Below are positions 20,774 to 30,754 of a DNA stretch of 64,000 nt, in pieces. The stretch covers positions 1,152,001 through 1,216,000 of the forward strand of contig CAVXVB010000009.1 in the NCBI GenBank assembly GCA_963765205.1, in the 5' to 3' direction. The stretch is from an uncultured Verrucomicrobiae bacterium. Lineage in GTDB: Bacteria; Verrucomicrobiota; Verrucomicrobiia; Opitutales; JABDGR01. Below the pieces are notes generated by a model. The model saw nothing but the letters and a program-made list of their open reading frames with translations, searched no databases and was not told where the DNA came from. The first letter of the stretch is position 1; each line of letters begins with the position of its first letter. The translations under genes and the position numbers were made by a program.

Positions 20774-21648
20774 ATGAGCGTCCTGGTCAATAAAGGCACC
20801 CGCCTGCTGGTGCAAGGCATCACCGGTAAAGCCGGCAGCTTTCACGCACAGCAATGCCTGGAATATGGGACGAACGTTGTCGCGGGCGTCACACCTGGGC
20901 GCGGGGGGCAGAAGTTTTTGGACGGGTGCCGATATTCAACACGGTGCGCGAAGCCGTTGAGCACACGGGCGCAAACGCCTCGATGGTGTTTGTGCCGCCG
21001 GCGTTCGCCGCGGATTCCCTGCTGGAGGCGATGGACGCCGGGTTGCCGCTGATGGTCTGCGTCACGGAAGGCATCCCGGTGCGCGACATGCTGCTGGTCA
21101 AGGATCGCCTGGCGCGCAGCGCCACGCGCCTGATCGGCCCGAATTGCCCCGGCATCATCACGCCTGGCGAATGCAAAATCGGCATCATGCCGGGCTATAT
21201 TCACCGGCCCGGCAAAGTCGGCATTGTTTCGCGCTCCGGCACGTTAACTTACGAAGCCGTCTGGCAAATCACGAAACGCGGCCTGGGGCAAAGCACCTGC
21301 ATCGGCATTGGCGGCGACCCCGTCAACGGCACGAGTCATCTCGACGCCGTGCGTTTGCTCAATGAGGACCCACTCACGGAAGCCATCATTATGATAGGCG
21401 AAATTGGGGGCTCCGCAGAAGAAGAAGCCGCCGCCTATATCAAAGCGGAAGTGCGCAAGCCCGTGGCGGGGTTCATTGCCGGGGCCACCGCCCCGCCCGG
21501 CCGCCGCATGGGCCATGCCGGGGCCATTGTTTCCGGCTCGAGCGGCTCGGCCGCCGCCAAAATCGCGGCCATGCGGGAGGCTGGGATCGCGATGGCGCCC
21601 ACGCCTTCGGACATTGCGGACACGTTGTTAAGTCGTTACCTCCCCTGA
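20774..21648 (+). CDS. sucD: Succinyl-CoA ligase alpha subunit, apparent frameshift at ~20920
   Basis: [18 protein letters not shown]...GVTPGRGG, then a frame change to VPIFNTV...GPNCPG...MGHAGA. Confidence 0.92.
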
Positions 21649-21898
21649 CTGCACCCGTTAGGAATACATTAATGATTGACCCCGTTATACATAGGGATAA
21701 TCATCCATATTAGCAAGGCTATTTGCGGTGCGTTCCGCACCCGTCACAGGCGCTGTCTGCGAGGCACGGAAAAAATTCGAACGAGTGTTGGAAAATTGCT
21801 TGCGCTTTTAATGTAGTGGGCTTATGTTAATCCAGTCGTCTTTATAAATTGACGATAATGGATACCAACCAAGAACAAATCCAGCAACAAAACAAATT

Positions 21899-22105
21899 AT
21901 GGCTAAGAAACGCAAAATTCGCGCGCGTGCCCCCGGCATGACGCAAATCTCCATCAGTCTTCCCGAAGGGCTCGTGGGCAAAATCGATGAGATGGCGGAG
22001 GTGGAAAACCGCAACCGTTCGAACTTCATCGCCACTGTCTTGGAATCCTTGGCGGGCGAACGCGGGGTCAAAGCCGCCGAAGGCTCGAAGAAGTTTGGTG
22101 GTTAA
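21899..22105 (+). CDS. CopG/ribbon-helix-helix family DNA-binding protein
   Basis: TQISISLPEGLVGKIDEMAEVENRNRSNFIATVL strand-helix-helix pattern. Confidence 0.75.
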   Translation: MAKKRKIRARAPGMTQISISLPEGLVGKIDEMAEVENRNRSNFIATVLESLAGERGVKAAEGSKKFGG

Positions 22106-22248
22106 TTCCCTGGGCTGCCCGCAGACGGGATTCATCGGATATGCTTACCGGCAATTCGTGTGGGGATCCTCCCCAGGAGGATTCTCCGGGGAGTTATCTG
22201 GTGTTTTTATATCGATGGATTTTCGTCGGCGGCTACCGCAATCTCAGG
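22106..22248 (+). ncRNA. Candidate long rod-shaped structured RNA (possibly 6S-like)
   Basis: Nested pairings read by eye: cctg/cagg, ccgc/gcgg, gacg/cgtc, ggattcatc/gatggattt, gatat/atatc, accgg/ctggt, ggggatcctcc/ggaggattctcc. Confidence 0.4.
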
Positions 22249-22280
22249 CAGGCAGCAGCACGCTGCCTGCCTGTTTTTTT
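22245..22280 (+). terminator. Intrinsic terminator
   Basis: caggcaggcagc-agcac-gctgcctgcctg followed by T7. Confidence 0.8.
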
Positions 22281-22286
22281 GTCTAA

Positions 22287-23093
22287 TCAGGGGCCGGTGG
22301 TTTGTCGCGAATTCCACCAACCGTTATTGAGGGAAGGGCCCAGCCAGCCCACGAGATATTGGGCGGCGTCGCCGCCGTAGAGATTGACCCCGCCGAGGCG
22401 CGCGGGCAGTTCGGCGGTGACAGAGCCGTCGCACCACGCGACATGGGTGAAACCCTGGTGGCGGAATTGCACGCTGGGGGTCAAGACGGCGCCCAGTGAA
22501 CCATCGGGATTCACGGCCTGAAAAGGCTCACAAAACGGATATTCCTGGAGGCCGTGGGCGCGAGGCAGGCCAGTGTCGGTGAACATGATGGTGCGCGCGG
22601 GGTTGGTCACATTGGTGATTTTTTCCGGGGTAAAGCGATTGGCGGGGGTGCCCCCGATATACATTTCATTATAACCGAAATCACCCGCACCCGCTTCAAA
22701 GCTTTCGGGGCTGGCCGGATAGCGCTGAAAGAGCGGACACAGCAGCGATGCGCCGCCGTCCCGCAGGTAGGGATAGAGGTAGCCTTGGGCGGGGTCGAAC
22801 CTAGCGTGGATGGTGGCCCGCCCGCCATGCCAGCGAATCAGGTCGTTGGGTTCCTGGGCCGGGCAGAAGGACCCACCGTGGTCGGCGGCGTAATGCAAGT
22901 TCGCCTGGGCCAGCAGGCGCAGGTTGGCTGCGGACTTGGCCGACCAGACCCGCTCGCGCGCCAGCTGCCCCGCCCAAGCGAGCAAGCCGGCCAGCACCAG
23001 CCCAACGAAGAGACCCACCAGCACTTCAAGGACGGTCCAGCAGGGCCGCGGCGACACGGGCCAATGTCCTTCTTCATGCGCTTGGTGGCCCAT
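22287..23093 (-). CDS. Prepilin-type N-terminal / H-X9-DG domain protein
   Basis: WTVLEVLVGLFVGLVLAGLL...SAANLRLLAQANLHYAADH; C-terminal FRHQGFTHVAWCDGSV. Confidence 0.8.
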   Translation of the reverse strand: MGHQAHEEGHWPVSPRPCWTVLEVLVGLFVGLVLAGLLAWAGQLARERVWSAKSAANLRLLAQANLHYAADHGGSFCPAQEPNDLIRWHGGRATIHARFDPAQGYLYPYLRDGGASLLCPLFQRYPASPESFEAGAGDFGYNEMYIGGTPANRFTPEKITNVTNPARTIMFTDTGLPRAHGLQEYPFCEPFQAVNPDGSLGAVLTPSVQFRHQGFTHVAWCDGSVTAELPARLGGVNLYGGDAAQYLVGWLGPSLNNGWWNSRQTTGP

Positions 23094-23110
23094 AATGTCT
23101 CATCCTAATA

Positions 23111-24632
23111 TCAGTGCGCGAGCCGCTTCCACCCGACCAAGCCGGCGAGGAACGCCAAGGCCAGAACGGAGATGGTTAAGAGCCAGCCGGTAGAAAACCC
23201 GCGAGTGGATTCTGACGGCAATGGCGCCAACACATTTCCTGCCAACGGCATGCGGGAGGGAGACACTGAAGAACTGGCAGAGTCAGTTTCCGCGCCTGAA
23301 CCAGCCACCCGTGAACCAGAAGAGCCTGCGGCTGACCGGGAGGACGCAGCGACATCGGCAGCACCCATCGTGACCGAGCTTCGCGCAGAGGAAGCGGGAG
23401 ACCCACCGGGAGACGCGAGCGGGGCGTCGGTAGTATTGCCGCCATCCACCGCAACGTCGGCGGAGGGCATAGCGGCATCCAAAGATGGAGAGGATAAATC
23501 GGCGGGGGTGACGTTGGCATAGTTCGGCAGGGAAAAGCTCAAACCAGAATAACCATTAACGACGGAAGCAGGCGCGGTCCGCACAGTAATGTGGGCAGGA
23601 TTATTGATCTCCATGCCGGCGGCGGAAACCGACTCATTCGCGCCGCCCAACTGAGCGGAATTAACCGCCACCGGCGGTGTGGTTGAGTTGGCCGCAGACG
23701 GATTGGGCGGAGGTGCGACATTGAGCACCCCTATGGCCTGCACTTCCGGCCCCGGCGAGCCGGAAGTCGGCCAAGGGTCGTAGATCGGATGCCCGTAGGC
23801 GTCGGTCGAATACGCGCCGTTGCCGACCACCGCAACCAAACGCACGAAACGCACATTTTGCAAATCGAGCAGGCCGGCGGCAACGAGCGGGTGCTGGCTA
23901 AGTTCGGCCAAGTCAAACGGCACGCCCCAGGAAACTCCATAACCGTTCACCGCCTTGCCGAAGAGATTGTAGATCAGCGTGGGATTGGACACCATGTAGG
24001 ACCAGGGGTTTTGCAGCGGCTTCGGATTCGTGTCCACAGCGGGGAAGCGCGCGAAATTCACGCCGTCGCTGGAAACTTCGACGTAGGCGAGCTTGGAAAA
24101 TACCTGGTTGGCTTGGCCCCGGACACTAAAGGCGTTGCCAAACACGACAAAATCAGGTCCCGGGCCGTCGGCAATCGGCGTGGCAAAGCCGAGAGTGAGC
24201 GAGCCGGGCGCGGCGTCTTCGGCAATATCGGCGGCGGAAAGGTCGCCAGAGGGAGACCACGCCAAAGACATTCCCCGTCACCGCTCCAAGCGCCGTGGTA
24301 GGATCAAGAAAATCCGCATCAATCACGTCCGGCCGCGCAGGCGCGTAATTGACGACCGACGAGGCCCACTCGACAAACGCGGGATTGACGGTTTGTTCGA
24401 GGTTTTCTCCGCCATAGGGCGCGATGCCCGGGCCCGCCGGGCCGACGAAGCCGGGAATTGGCTCGTCCACAGCCGAACCATTACCCGGATCATAACCAAA
24501 GGCATACGGCCCAGCGGGTAGCGGTGGTGGCCAGTTGGGCGAGATCAATTGTGCGGGCAGAGCGCCGCACTCCCCCAGCGCCCAAACGAGCGCAAGGAAG
24601 AATTTTACCGCCCGGTAATTGCGTGCGTTCAT
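23111..24632 (-). CDS. Cell-surface protein with C-terminal TM anchor, apparent frameshift at ~24250
   Basis: Signal peptide; ...GNVFGVVSL/GDL...GSLTLGFATPIADGPGPDFVVFGN, AYVEVSSDG, YDPWPT; Ser/Ala-rich linker; TM plus WKR tail. Confidence 0.7.
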
Positions 24633-24647
24633 CAGTTCGGTAAATTG

Positions 24648-25727
24648 CTACTCACATGTATGAACTGCCTGGCGCCGGCGTTGCCACCAAGCCACCGCGC
24701 CGGCCGCCAGCGCCGCCAAGAGCGCGGAAGACGCCGGCTCTGGCACATCTTGCACCGTGTCGTAGCCGTAGACAACTGTGCTGCCGTTCGAGAAATCCGA
24801 CTGCCAGACATAGCTCACGTAACCGGTGCCGTTGGTGGAAAACGTACTGAGCGTGTAGGCGCTGTCGGGATCGGCCGCCGCATCCTCGGGGTCAAACATG
24901 CCGCTGAGTCCACTTGCCGGGTTATACCAAAAAAATCCCGGCGCCCCGTAGCCCGCCGCCCAGATGCGACCCTCGGCATCCACCGCAAGGCTGCCAACCA
25001 CATCTGCGGAAAATGTATAGAGGAGCTGGCCTTGGGCCAACGTTAACACCGTCGAGTGGGCCACGGCGTTGAGCACCTGCGCCGCGGTGAATTCGTAAAC
25101 ACTGTTGTTATCGTTGTCGCCGACATAGAGGCTGCCCCCGCTGTCCACCGCCAGGCCTGCGCTGTATTGCCCGGCCGGGTCCACGACCAATTGCTGAGTG
25201 CCGTTAAGCGTAACATAGCTGATCGCGTTGTTTCCGTTGATGTCGTTCTCGCCGGCGACGTAATAGCTCGATCCACTGGCGGGCGCGGCGGAGAAATTTT
25301 GGATGGTCACGTTGCTGGTGTAATTTGGTGTGGCCGGATTCGAGGGGTTGAACTGGTAAACGGGCGTGTTGACGAACTGCCCCGCGCCGACCACCGCTGT
25401 GGTGCTGTTGAGCACGCTGATGAAACTAGGGTCCACATCCGGCGGCGTGGCAAATTCCGTCAGATTGCTCAATCCGAAGCTGTTCTGCAAATACAGCGTG
25501 TTGTCATTGCCGTAAACCAACTGGCCGTCGGGCAATTGGGAAAAAGCCAGCGCGCCGCCGTGTTCGGCGGACGTGGTCAAGTCCGGTAAATCAAGCGTGA
25601 CCCAGGCATGGGCGGGGCTGGTCAGGCCGAAGGCCAGGCCCAGTCCGGCAAGCGAAAAGCGCCGCAGAATGACGCCGCAGCAGGCAAATCTCTTATTAAA
25701 ATAAATCTGTTTTGAAAAGATAAACAT
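24648..25727 (-). CDS. PEP-CTERM sorting-domain protein (beta-propeller-like)
   Basis: C-terminal VPEPASSALLAALAAGAVAWWQRRR; repeated GLAVD/SLAVD blades; start uncertain. Confidence 0.85.
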   Translation of the reverse strand: MFIFSKQIYFNKRFACCGVILRRFSLAGLGLAFGLTSPAHAWVTLDLPDLTTSAEHGGALAFSQLPDGQLVYGNDNTLYLQNSFGLSNLTEFATPPDVDPSFISVLNSTTAVVGAGQFVNTPVYQFNPSNPATPNYTSNVTIQNFSAAPASGSSYYVAGENDINGNNAISYVTLNGTQQLVVDPAGQYSAGLAVDSGGSLYVGDNDNNSVYEFTAAQVLNAVAHSTVLTLAQGQLLYTFSADVVGSLAVDAEGRIWAAGYGAPGFFWYNPASGLSGMFDPEDAAADPDSAYTLSTFSTNGTGYVSYVWQSDFSNGSTVVYGYDTVQDVPEPASSALLAALAAGAVAWWQRRRQAVHTCE

Positions 25728-25909
25728 GGGAGGCATGCGGCCCGTGACGCGCGGGCCAGCGCAGACGCTTCCCCGATGTATCCGCCCAGGCGCAAAGCGC
25801 GAAACCCCCGGGCGCAAGCACACCTGAAATAGACGCGCTCCATCCCCGAGTTGATCATCCTCCTTGGCCCGGACGTTTAATCGCGAAAGCATCCGAGGTT
25901 AGCACCCGC

Positions 25910-26065
25910 CCAACTCGTCTTCTGGCTTCCGGTAAAGGCCGCCTGCGCCTTCCCACCCCGCCTACGGCGGGACAGTGGCTCTGGCAGGCGGCGCGACCGG
26001 TTACAGCGGCGCGACCGCGTCCGATTTGCACGGACTTCCGTTTGCTGGACAGGTTTGGTGAGCGC
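25910..26065 (-). promoter_or_regulatory. Cobalamin riboswitch
   Basis: Minus strand reads cggaagtccgtgcaaatcggacgcggtcgcgccgctgtaac...gccactg...gggaaggc...aagccagaagac (B12-box elements). Confidence 0.88.
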
Positions 26066-26173
26066 GCAACCTCCACGCAGGAGGCCACGCACCATTAAAA
26101 AGAACGCCCAAAATGTGCGCCTTAAATTGATTGGACGCAAACAAAATTCACCACGACCCGCCGGGCGGCTTTA

Positions 26174-27694
26174 TTATTGCGTCGTCGCCGGCGGCGCGCT
26201 GGTTGGGCTGGTCGGCGAGGTTGCCGAGGACGTGGGCGCGGTGGCCGATGCGGCTGGCCCCGGCGGCCCACCGCGGCCCCGGCCTCCCCTACCTCCGGCG
26301 GTGGCGGGGGGCGCTTCCACAGTCTGGCCGTTTACGACCACGTTGCTGAAGGTGAAATTCGCCACTTCTCCGCGCGAAAGCGTGGGGTTCCGAAGCGTGA
26401 CATTGATGTTTTCGAACTTGAAATCAGTGAGGGTGTCGCCGAGGGTTCCCGCCGCGGGGTTGGCCACGTTGCCGCGAATCGAGCCAAAGGAGCCGAAGCT
26501 GCCGGTGATGTTGCGAACCGTGATATGGTCTGCCGTGCGTGCCGGCCCCGGCTGGCCCTGCAGGTCGAAGAATTGCGTCCACGGCGCGACGGTGATGATG
26601 CTGCCGGTGCCACTGAGCTTGACGCCGTCCACAGTGATGTTCGAATAATGTTGGGGCGTGTCGGGGCGCATCTTGAGGTTGAGCATCTTGGCGTTGCCGG
26701 TGATGGTGCAGTTGCGCACGATGACGTTGCGCACGATCGTGTCCTCGCTGCCGCAGGTGAGCAGGCCATTGCCGTCGCCGATGGTGCAGTCCTCGATGGT
26801 GATGTTTTCGTCCGGCAGATCGCCCAGTTTGTCCGCCAGCGGGCCTTTGCTGCCCTTGATCCCGATGTCGTCGTCGTTGTTGGAAATCTGGCATTTCTGG
26901 ACGGTGACGTTCTGGCAGGTGTCAATGTCAATGCCGTCGGTGCTGGGGCTCATGCCGCCGGTGGAGGGGGAAGCGGCGTTGATGTGTAATCCGACGACGT
27001 GGACGTCATGGCAAAGATAGAGGTGCAAATTCCAAAAGCCGGAATCCTGGAAGGAAATGCCCTCGACGCGCACGTCCGAGCAGTGGTCAATGAACATCAG
27101 CCGGGCGCGCTCAACATCGAGGTTCGTCGTGGCGGGGTTGGCGCGGCGCCGCGCATAAAACAACGCCCAGAAGGGCGCGCCATTGCCGTTGAGCTGGCCC
27201 GTCCCGCCGATGCGCACATGGTCCATGTTCGAGACATTGACCAGTGCGAGGCGCCACGGCTCGGAGTGCCCTTCGATGCGTGTCATTTGCTTCGGGTAGT
27301 CCTCGATGTTCGGCGAGCCGAGCAGTTCCGCGCCCTCGTCGAGGTAAAGCTCGACGCCCTTTTTAAGAAAGATCGAGCCGCTCAGGAACGTGCCCTTGGG
27401 GATTTCGAGGATGCCGCCGCCGGCCGCGGTGGCCGTGTCAATCGCCTTTTGAATGAAAGCCGTGTTCATGGTCGTGCCGTCGCCCACCGCGCCGTAGTCG
27501 GTGATGAGGTAATGCTTCAAATTGTCGGGCGTGGCATCGGCCGATTTCGATTCCGCCGATTGGGCGTTGGAGGCCGCGGGCGCGGACGCTTGCGGCGCGG
27601 CCGGAGGCGCGCTTTGCGCCAAAGCCAGCGCAGCCCAGCCAAACGGGAGAATTGAAAAATAAACAAGCACCTTGCGGGAATGCGATAAGGTCAT
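26174..27694 (-). CDS. Glycoside hydrolase family 28 (polygalacturonase-like)
   Basis: YGAVGDG, GTFLSGSIFLK, STDGIDID, NNDDDIGIK, CGSE. Confidence 0.88.
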   Translation of the reverse strand: MTLSHSRKVLVYFSILPFGWAALALAQSAPPAAPQASAPAASNAQSAESKSADATPDNLKHYLITDYGAVGDGTTMNTAFIQKAIDTATAAGGGILEIPKGTFLSGSIFLKKGVELYLDEGAELLGSPNIEDYPKQMTRIEGHSEPWRLALVNVSNMDHVRIGGTGQLNGNGAPFWALFYARRRANPATTNLDVERARLMFIDHCSDVRVEGISFQDSGFWNLHLYLCHDVHVVGLHINAASPSTGGMSPSTDGIDIDTCQNVTVQKCQISNNDDDIGIKGSKGPLADKLGDLPDENITIEDCTIGDGNGLLTCGSEDTIVRNVIVRNCTITGNAKMLNLKMRPDTPQHYSNITVDGVKLSGTGSIITVAPWTQFFDLQGQPGPARTADHITVRNITGSFGSFGSIRGNVANPAAGTLGDTLTDFKFENINVTLRNPTLSRGEVANFTFSNVVVNGQTVEAPPATAGGRGGRGRGGPPGPAASATAPTSSATSPTSPTSAPPATTQ

Positions 27695-28199
27695 GACGGA
27701 GGGGGTAAAAGGGGGTAAACTTTCCTCCTCCATTATCCCATTCGCTCGAAAAGGCAATGGCTTTCGAGAGGCCAAATGGCTGACTTGGAGCAATTGACGC
27801 ATTTTGTGGCGCTGGGCTTTTATAGATGGCAGTATAACAATGTCCCAGCCCGGCAGGGCGAAATAAAATATCTAAAATTGATAGAAATTTGCCTTTTAGG
27901 GTGTAGGGGGTTGGGGAGTTGATTCAAGGAATCTATGGACACTCACGCTTCGGGTTGGGTTCGTGCGGCCCAGACGGATCACCTACGAAATATTTCCAAT
28001 TCGAGACTCTACCCCCCTCCCCACACATACCCCCCCACACACAGACAGACTTGTCTCCCTGCCCCCCTCTCTCCTAACCGGCTTGGTCGCACCCAGTTCG
28101 ACCCAGTCCAACTCAATCCGATCAGAATTGCATGGGGGGCCCATCCAACTTCCGCCTCCACCCTTCGTCCTCATCTCCCTTGTCCTTTCCATCATTTCC

Positions 28200-28324
28200 A
28201 AGCTTCCCTTCTACCTCCCATCTTCTAACTTCTAGCTTCTAACTCCCGATTCTTGACTCTGACTTCTGACTTCTGATTCCTGTATTCTGACTCCTACCTT
28301 CCTCCTTCATCCCTCATCCTTCCA
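28200..28324. repeat. Pyrimidine-rich degenerate heptamer array (TTCTGAC/TTCTAAC)
   Basis: ttctaacttctagcttctaactcc...ctctgacttctgacttctgattcctgtattctgactcc. Confidence 0.7.
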
Positions 28325-29854
28325 ATGTCTGCTTCCGTTTACCTCGTTGGCGCCGGCCCGGGCGACCCCGGCCTCGTCACCCTCCGCGCCCGGGAACTCA
28401 TCGCCCGCTGCGATGTGCTCGTCTATGACCGGCTCGTCAACCCCGAGCTGCGCGCCTGGGTCAAGCCTGGTTGCGAATTGGTTTACGTCGGCAAAGACCC
28501 GCACCTGCACGCCATCCCCCAGGATGAAATCGAGGACTTGATCGTCGCCCGCGCGAAAGCCGGCAAAATCATCGTGCGCCTCAAGGGCGGCGACCCGTTT
28601 ATCTTTGGCCGCGGCGGCGAGGAGGCCCAGCGCCTCGCGCACGACGGCGTGGCCTTTGGAATCGTACCCGGCGTCACCGCCGCGCTGGCCGCCGCCGCCT
28701 ACGCCGGCCTCCCCCTCACGCACCGCGACTACGCCTCCTCGCTCTGCTTCCTCACCGGCCACGAAGACCAGGAGAAACACGCCCTGCGCGTGGACCTCAA
28801 AAAATTCGCCAACCTCGGCGGCACGCTCTGCCTCTACATGGCGATGGGCCAGCTCGAACGCATTACCGCCGAGCTGCGCGCCGGCGGTCTCGCCGCCGAT
28901 ACTCCCGCCGCCGTCGTCCAATGGGCCACCACCCCGCGGCAAAAAACCCTTTTTACCTCGGTTGGCGAACTCGTCACAGCGGTGGCGCAGGCGGGCCTCG
29001 GCGCGCCCGCGGTCGTCATTATTGGCGCAGCGGTCGCGGCCACGCACAGCATCAGCTGGTTCGAGGCGCGCCCGCTGTTTGGCCAACGCATCGTCGTGCC
29101 CCGCGCCCGCGAACAAGCCGGCGAACTGCGCCACAAATTCGAGGAGCTGGGCGCCGACGTGCTCGAACTGCCCCTCATCGAAATCCACCCGGACATTGAC
29201 CCCAAGATCGCCGACGACATTTTCGGCGAACTCGCCACCTACGAATGGGGCGTCTTCACCAGCCCGAACGGCGCGCGCTATTTTCTCGAGGAAGTGATGC
29301 GCCGCTGCCGCGACGTGCGCGCGCTCGGGCCCATGAAATTCGCCTGCCTCGGCGCGGCCACGGCTCGTGAAGTCGAAAAACACCACCTCGAAGTCACCCT
29401 CCGCCCCAACGTCGCCACCGCCGACGCGCTCACCGACGCGCTCATCGCACACGACTCGCTGGAAAATCTCCGCGTCCTCGTCGTCACCGGCAGCCGCAAC
29501 CGCGAGACCCTCCCCCACCGCCTCGAAGCCGAAGCGCGCGCCATTGTGGACCTCTTTCAGGTTTACCGCACCGACCTGACAGATTTGTCGCGCGACCCCG
29601 CCGCCGAATCCTTCCGCGCCCACGGGGCCGCCGCCATCGCCTTCACCAGCGCCTCGACCGTCGAGTCCTTCGTCCAACAAACCAAGCATCTCGCCCTCGC
29701 GCCCGGCGCGCGCCGCCCGCTGGCCTGCGCCATCGGCCCGCTCACCGCCGCCGCCCTGCGCAAACACAAAATCCCCGTGGACATCGAGGCCCCCGAACAT
29801 TCGCTGGACGGCCTTACTGAAGCGGTGCGCGCGAAACTTGCCATCAAACCGTAA
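28325..29854 (+). CDS. cobA: Uroporphyrinogen-III C-methyltransferase / uroporphyrinogen-III synthase fusion
   Basis: VYLVGAGPGDPGL, RLKGGDPFIFGRGGEE; HemD half PLFGQRIVV, FTSPNG, FTSASTV, AIGPLT. Confidence 0.93.
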   Translation: MSASVYLVGAGPGDPGLVTLRARELIARCDVLVYDRLVNPELRAWVKPGCELVYVGKDPHLHAIPQDEIEDLIVARAKAGKIIVRLKGGDPFIFGRGGEEAQRLAHDGVAFGIVPGVTAALAAAAYAGLPLTHRDYASSLCFLTGHEDQEKHALRVDLKKFANLGGTLCLYMAMGQLERITAELRAGGLAADTPAAVVQWATTPRQKTLFTSVGELVTAVAQAGLGAPAVVIIGAAVAATHSISWFEARPLFGQRIVVPRAREQAGELRHKFEELGADVLELPLIEIHPDIDPKIADDIFGELATYEWGVFTSPNGARYFLEEVMRRCRDVRALGPMKFACLGAATAREVEKHHLEVTLRPNVATADALTDALIAHDSLENLRVLVVTGSRNRETLPHRLEAEARAIVDLFQVYRTDLTDLSRDPAAESFRAHGAAAIAFTSASTVESFVQQTKHLALAPGARRPLACAIGPLTAAALRKHKIPVDIEAPEHSLDGLTEAVRAKLAIKP

Positions 29855-30097
29855 CTTTTGCCGATTTCCAAAACCCATTATAGTTGCGCGCCCTCCCGGG
29901 TTGGCCCGGCGCGCATTTCCAGGGCGCACGGGCGGCATTAACTTTGCGCTAATTAGGCTCTTAGGCAGATAAAATATAAAGGATTTTTTTGGATTATTTC
30001 CTCCAATTGGATTATACTCTTTTAACCCCCGCACCCCAGCTTGGGCGCCGCCCTTTTCTTTTGTCGGCCAGCGGCGTCTCCAGACTTATTTTTCATC

Positions 30098-30739
30098 ATG
30101 CGCCCGCGCGTTAAAATTTGCGGCCTCACCCGCCCCGCCGACGCGCGGCTGGCGCGGGAATTGGGGGCCGACTATTTTGGGATCGTCCTCCATGCCGCCT
30201 CCCCGCGGTATGTTCCGGATGCGTCGCTGGATAAGCTGCTGGCCGCCTTTCCCGCCGGCCAGCGGGTCGCCGTCAGTGTCGCGCCCGAACCCGGTCAATT
30301 GAAAAAGCAACGCGCACAAGGCTTCGACTTTTTCCAGGTGCATTACGACCCCGGCGAAGTCGGGGACGCCGCACTCATGGGCTGGCTGGACGAAGTGGGC
30401 GTGGAGCGCCTTTGGCTCGCGCCGCGCTTGCCGCCAGGCGAGGACTTTCCCGCCGCCGCCCTCGCCGCCGCGCAAACTCTGCTGCTCGATACTTATCAAA
30501 AAGGCACCTATGGCGGTTCCGGCCGCACGGGTGACTGGTCGCATTTCCGCGCCCTGTCGGAAAGCCACCCCACGCACCACTGGGTGCTCTCCGGCGGCTT
30601 GCGCCCGGAAAACATTCGCGCCGCCCTGCGTTCCTCCGGCGCGAGGACCATTGATGTCAACAGCGGCGTCGAAAGCGCCCCCGGCGTCAAGGACGCCATC
30701 CTACTGGACTTGCTCTTCGCCAATTTGGCGGAGGATTAA
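30098..30739 (+). CDS. trpF: Phosphoribosylanthranilate isomerase
   Basis: VKICGLT, YGGSGRTGDW, LSGGLRPEN, DVNSGVESAPGVKD. Confidence 0.92.
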   Translation: MRPRVKICGLTRPADARLARELGADYFGIVLHAASPRYVPDASLDKLLAAFPAGQRVAVSVAPEPGQLKKQRAQGFDFFQVHYDPGEVGDAALMGWLDEVGVERLWLAPRLPPGEDFPAAALAAAQTLLLDTYQKGTYGGSGRTGDWSHFRALSESHPTHHWVLSGGLRPENIRAALRSSGARTIDVNSGVESAPGVKDAILLDLLFANLAED

Positions 30740-30754
30740 TCCCTGACCAGTTGA

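Noticed and set aside
28307..30034. 575-aa minus-strand ORF
   Set aside because: Antisense to cobA-hemD with no recognisable motifs.
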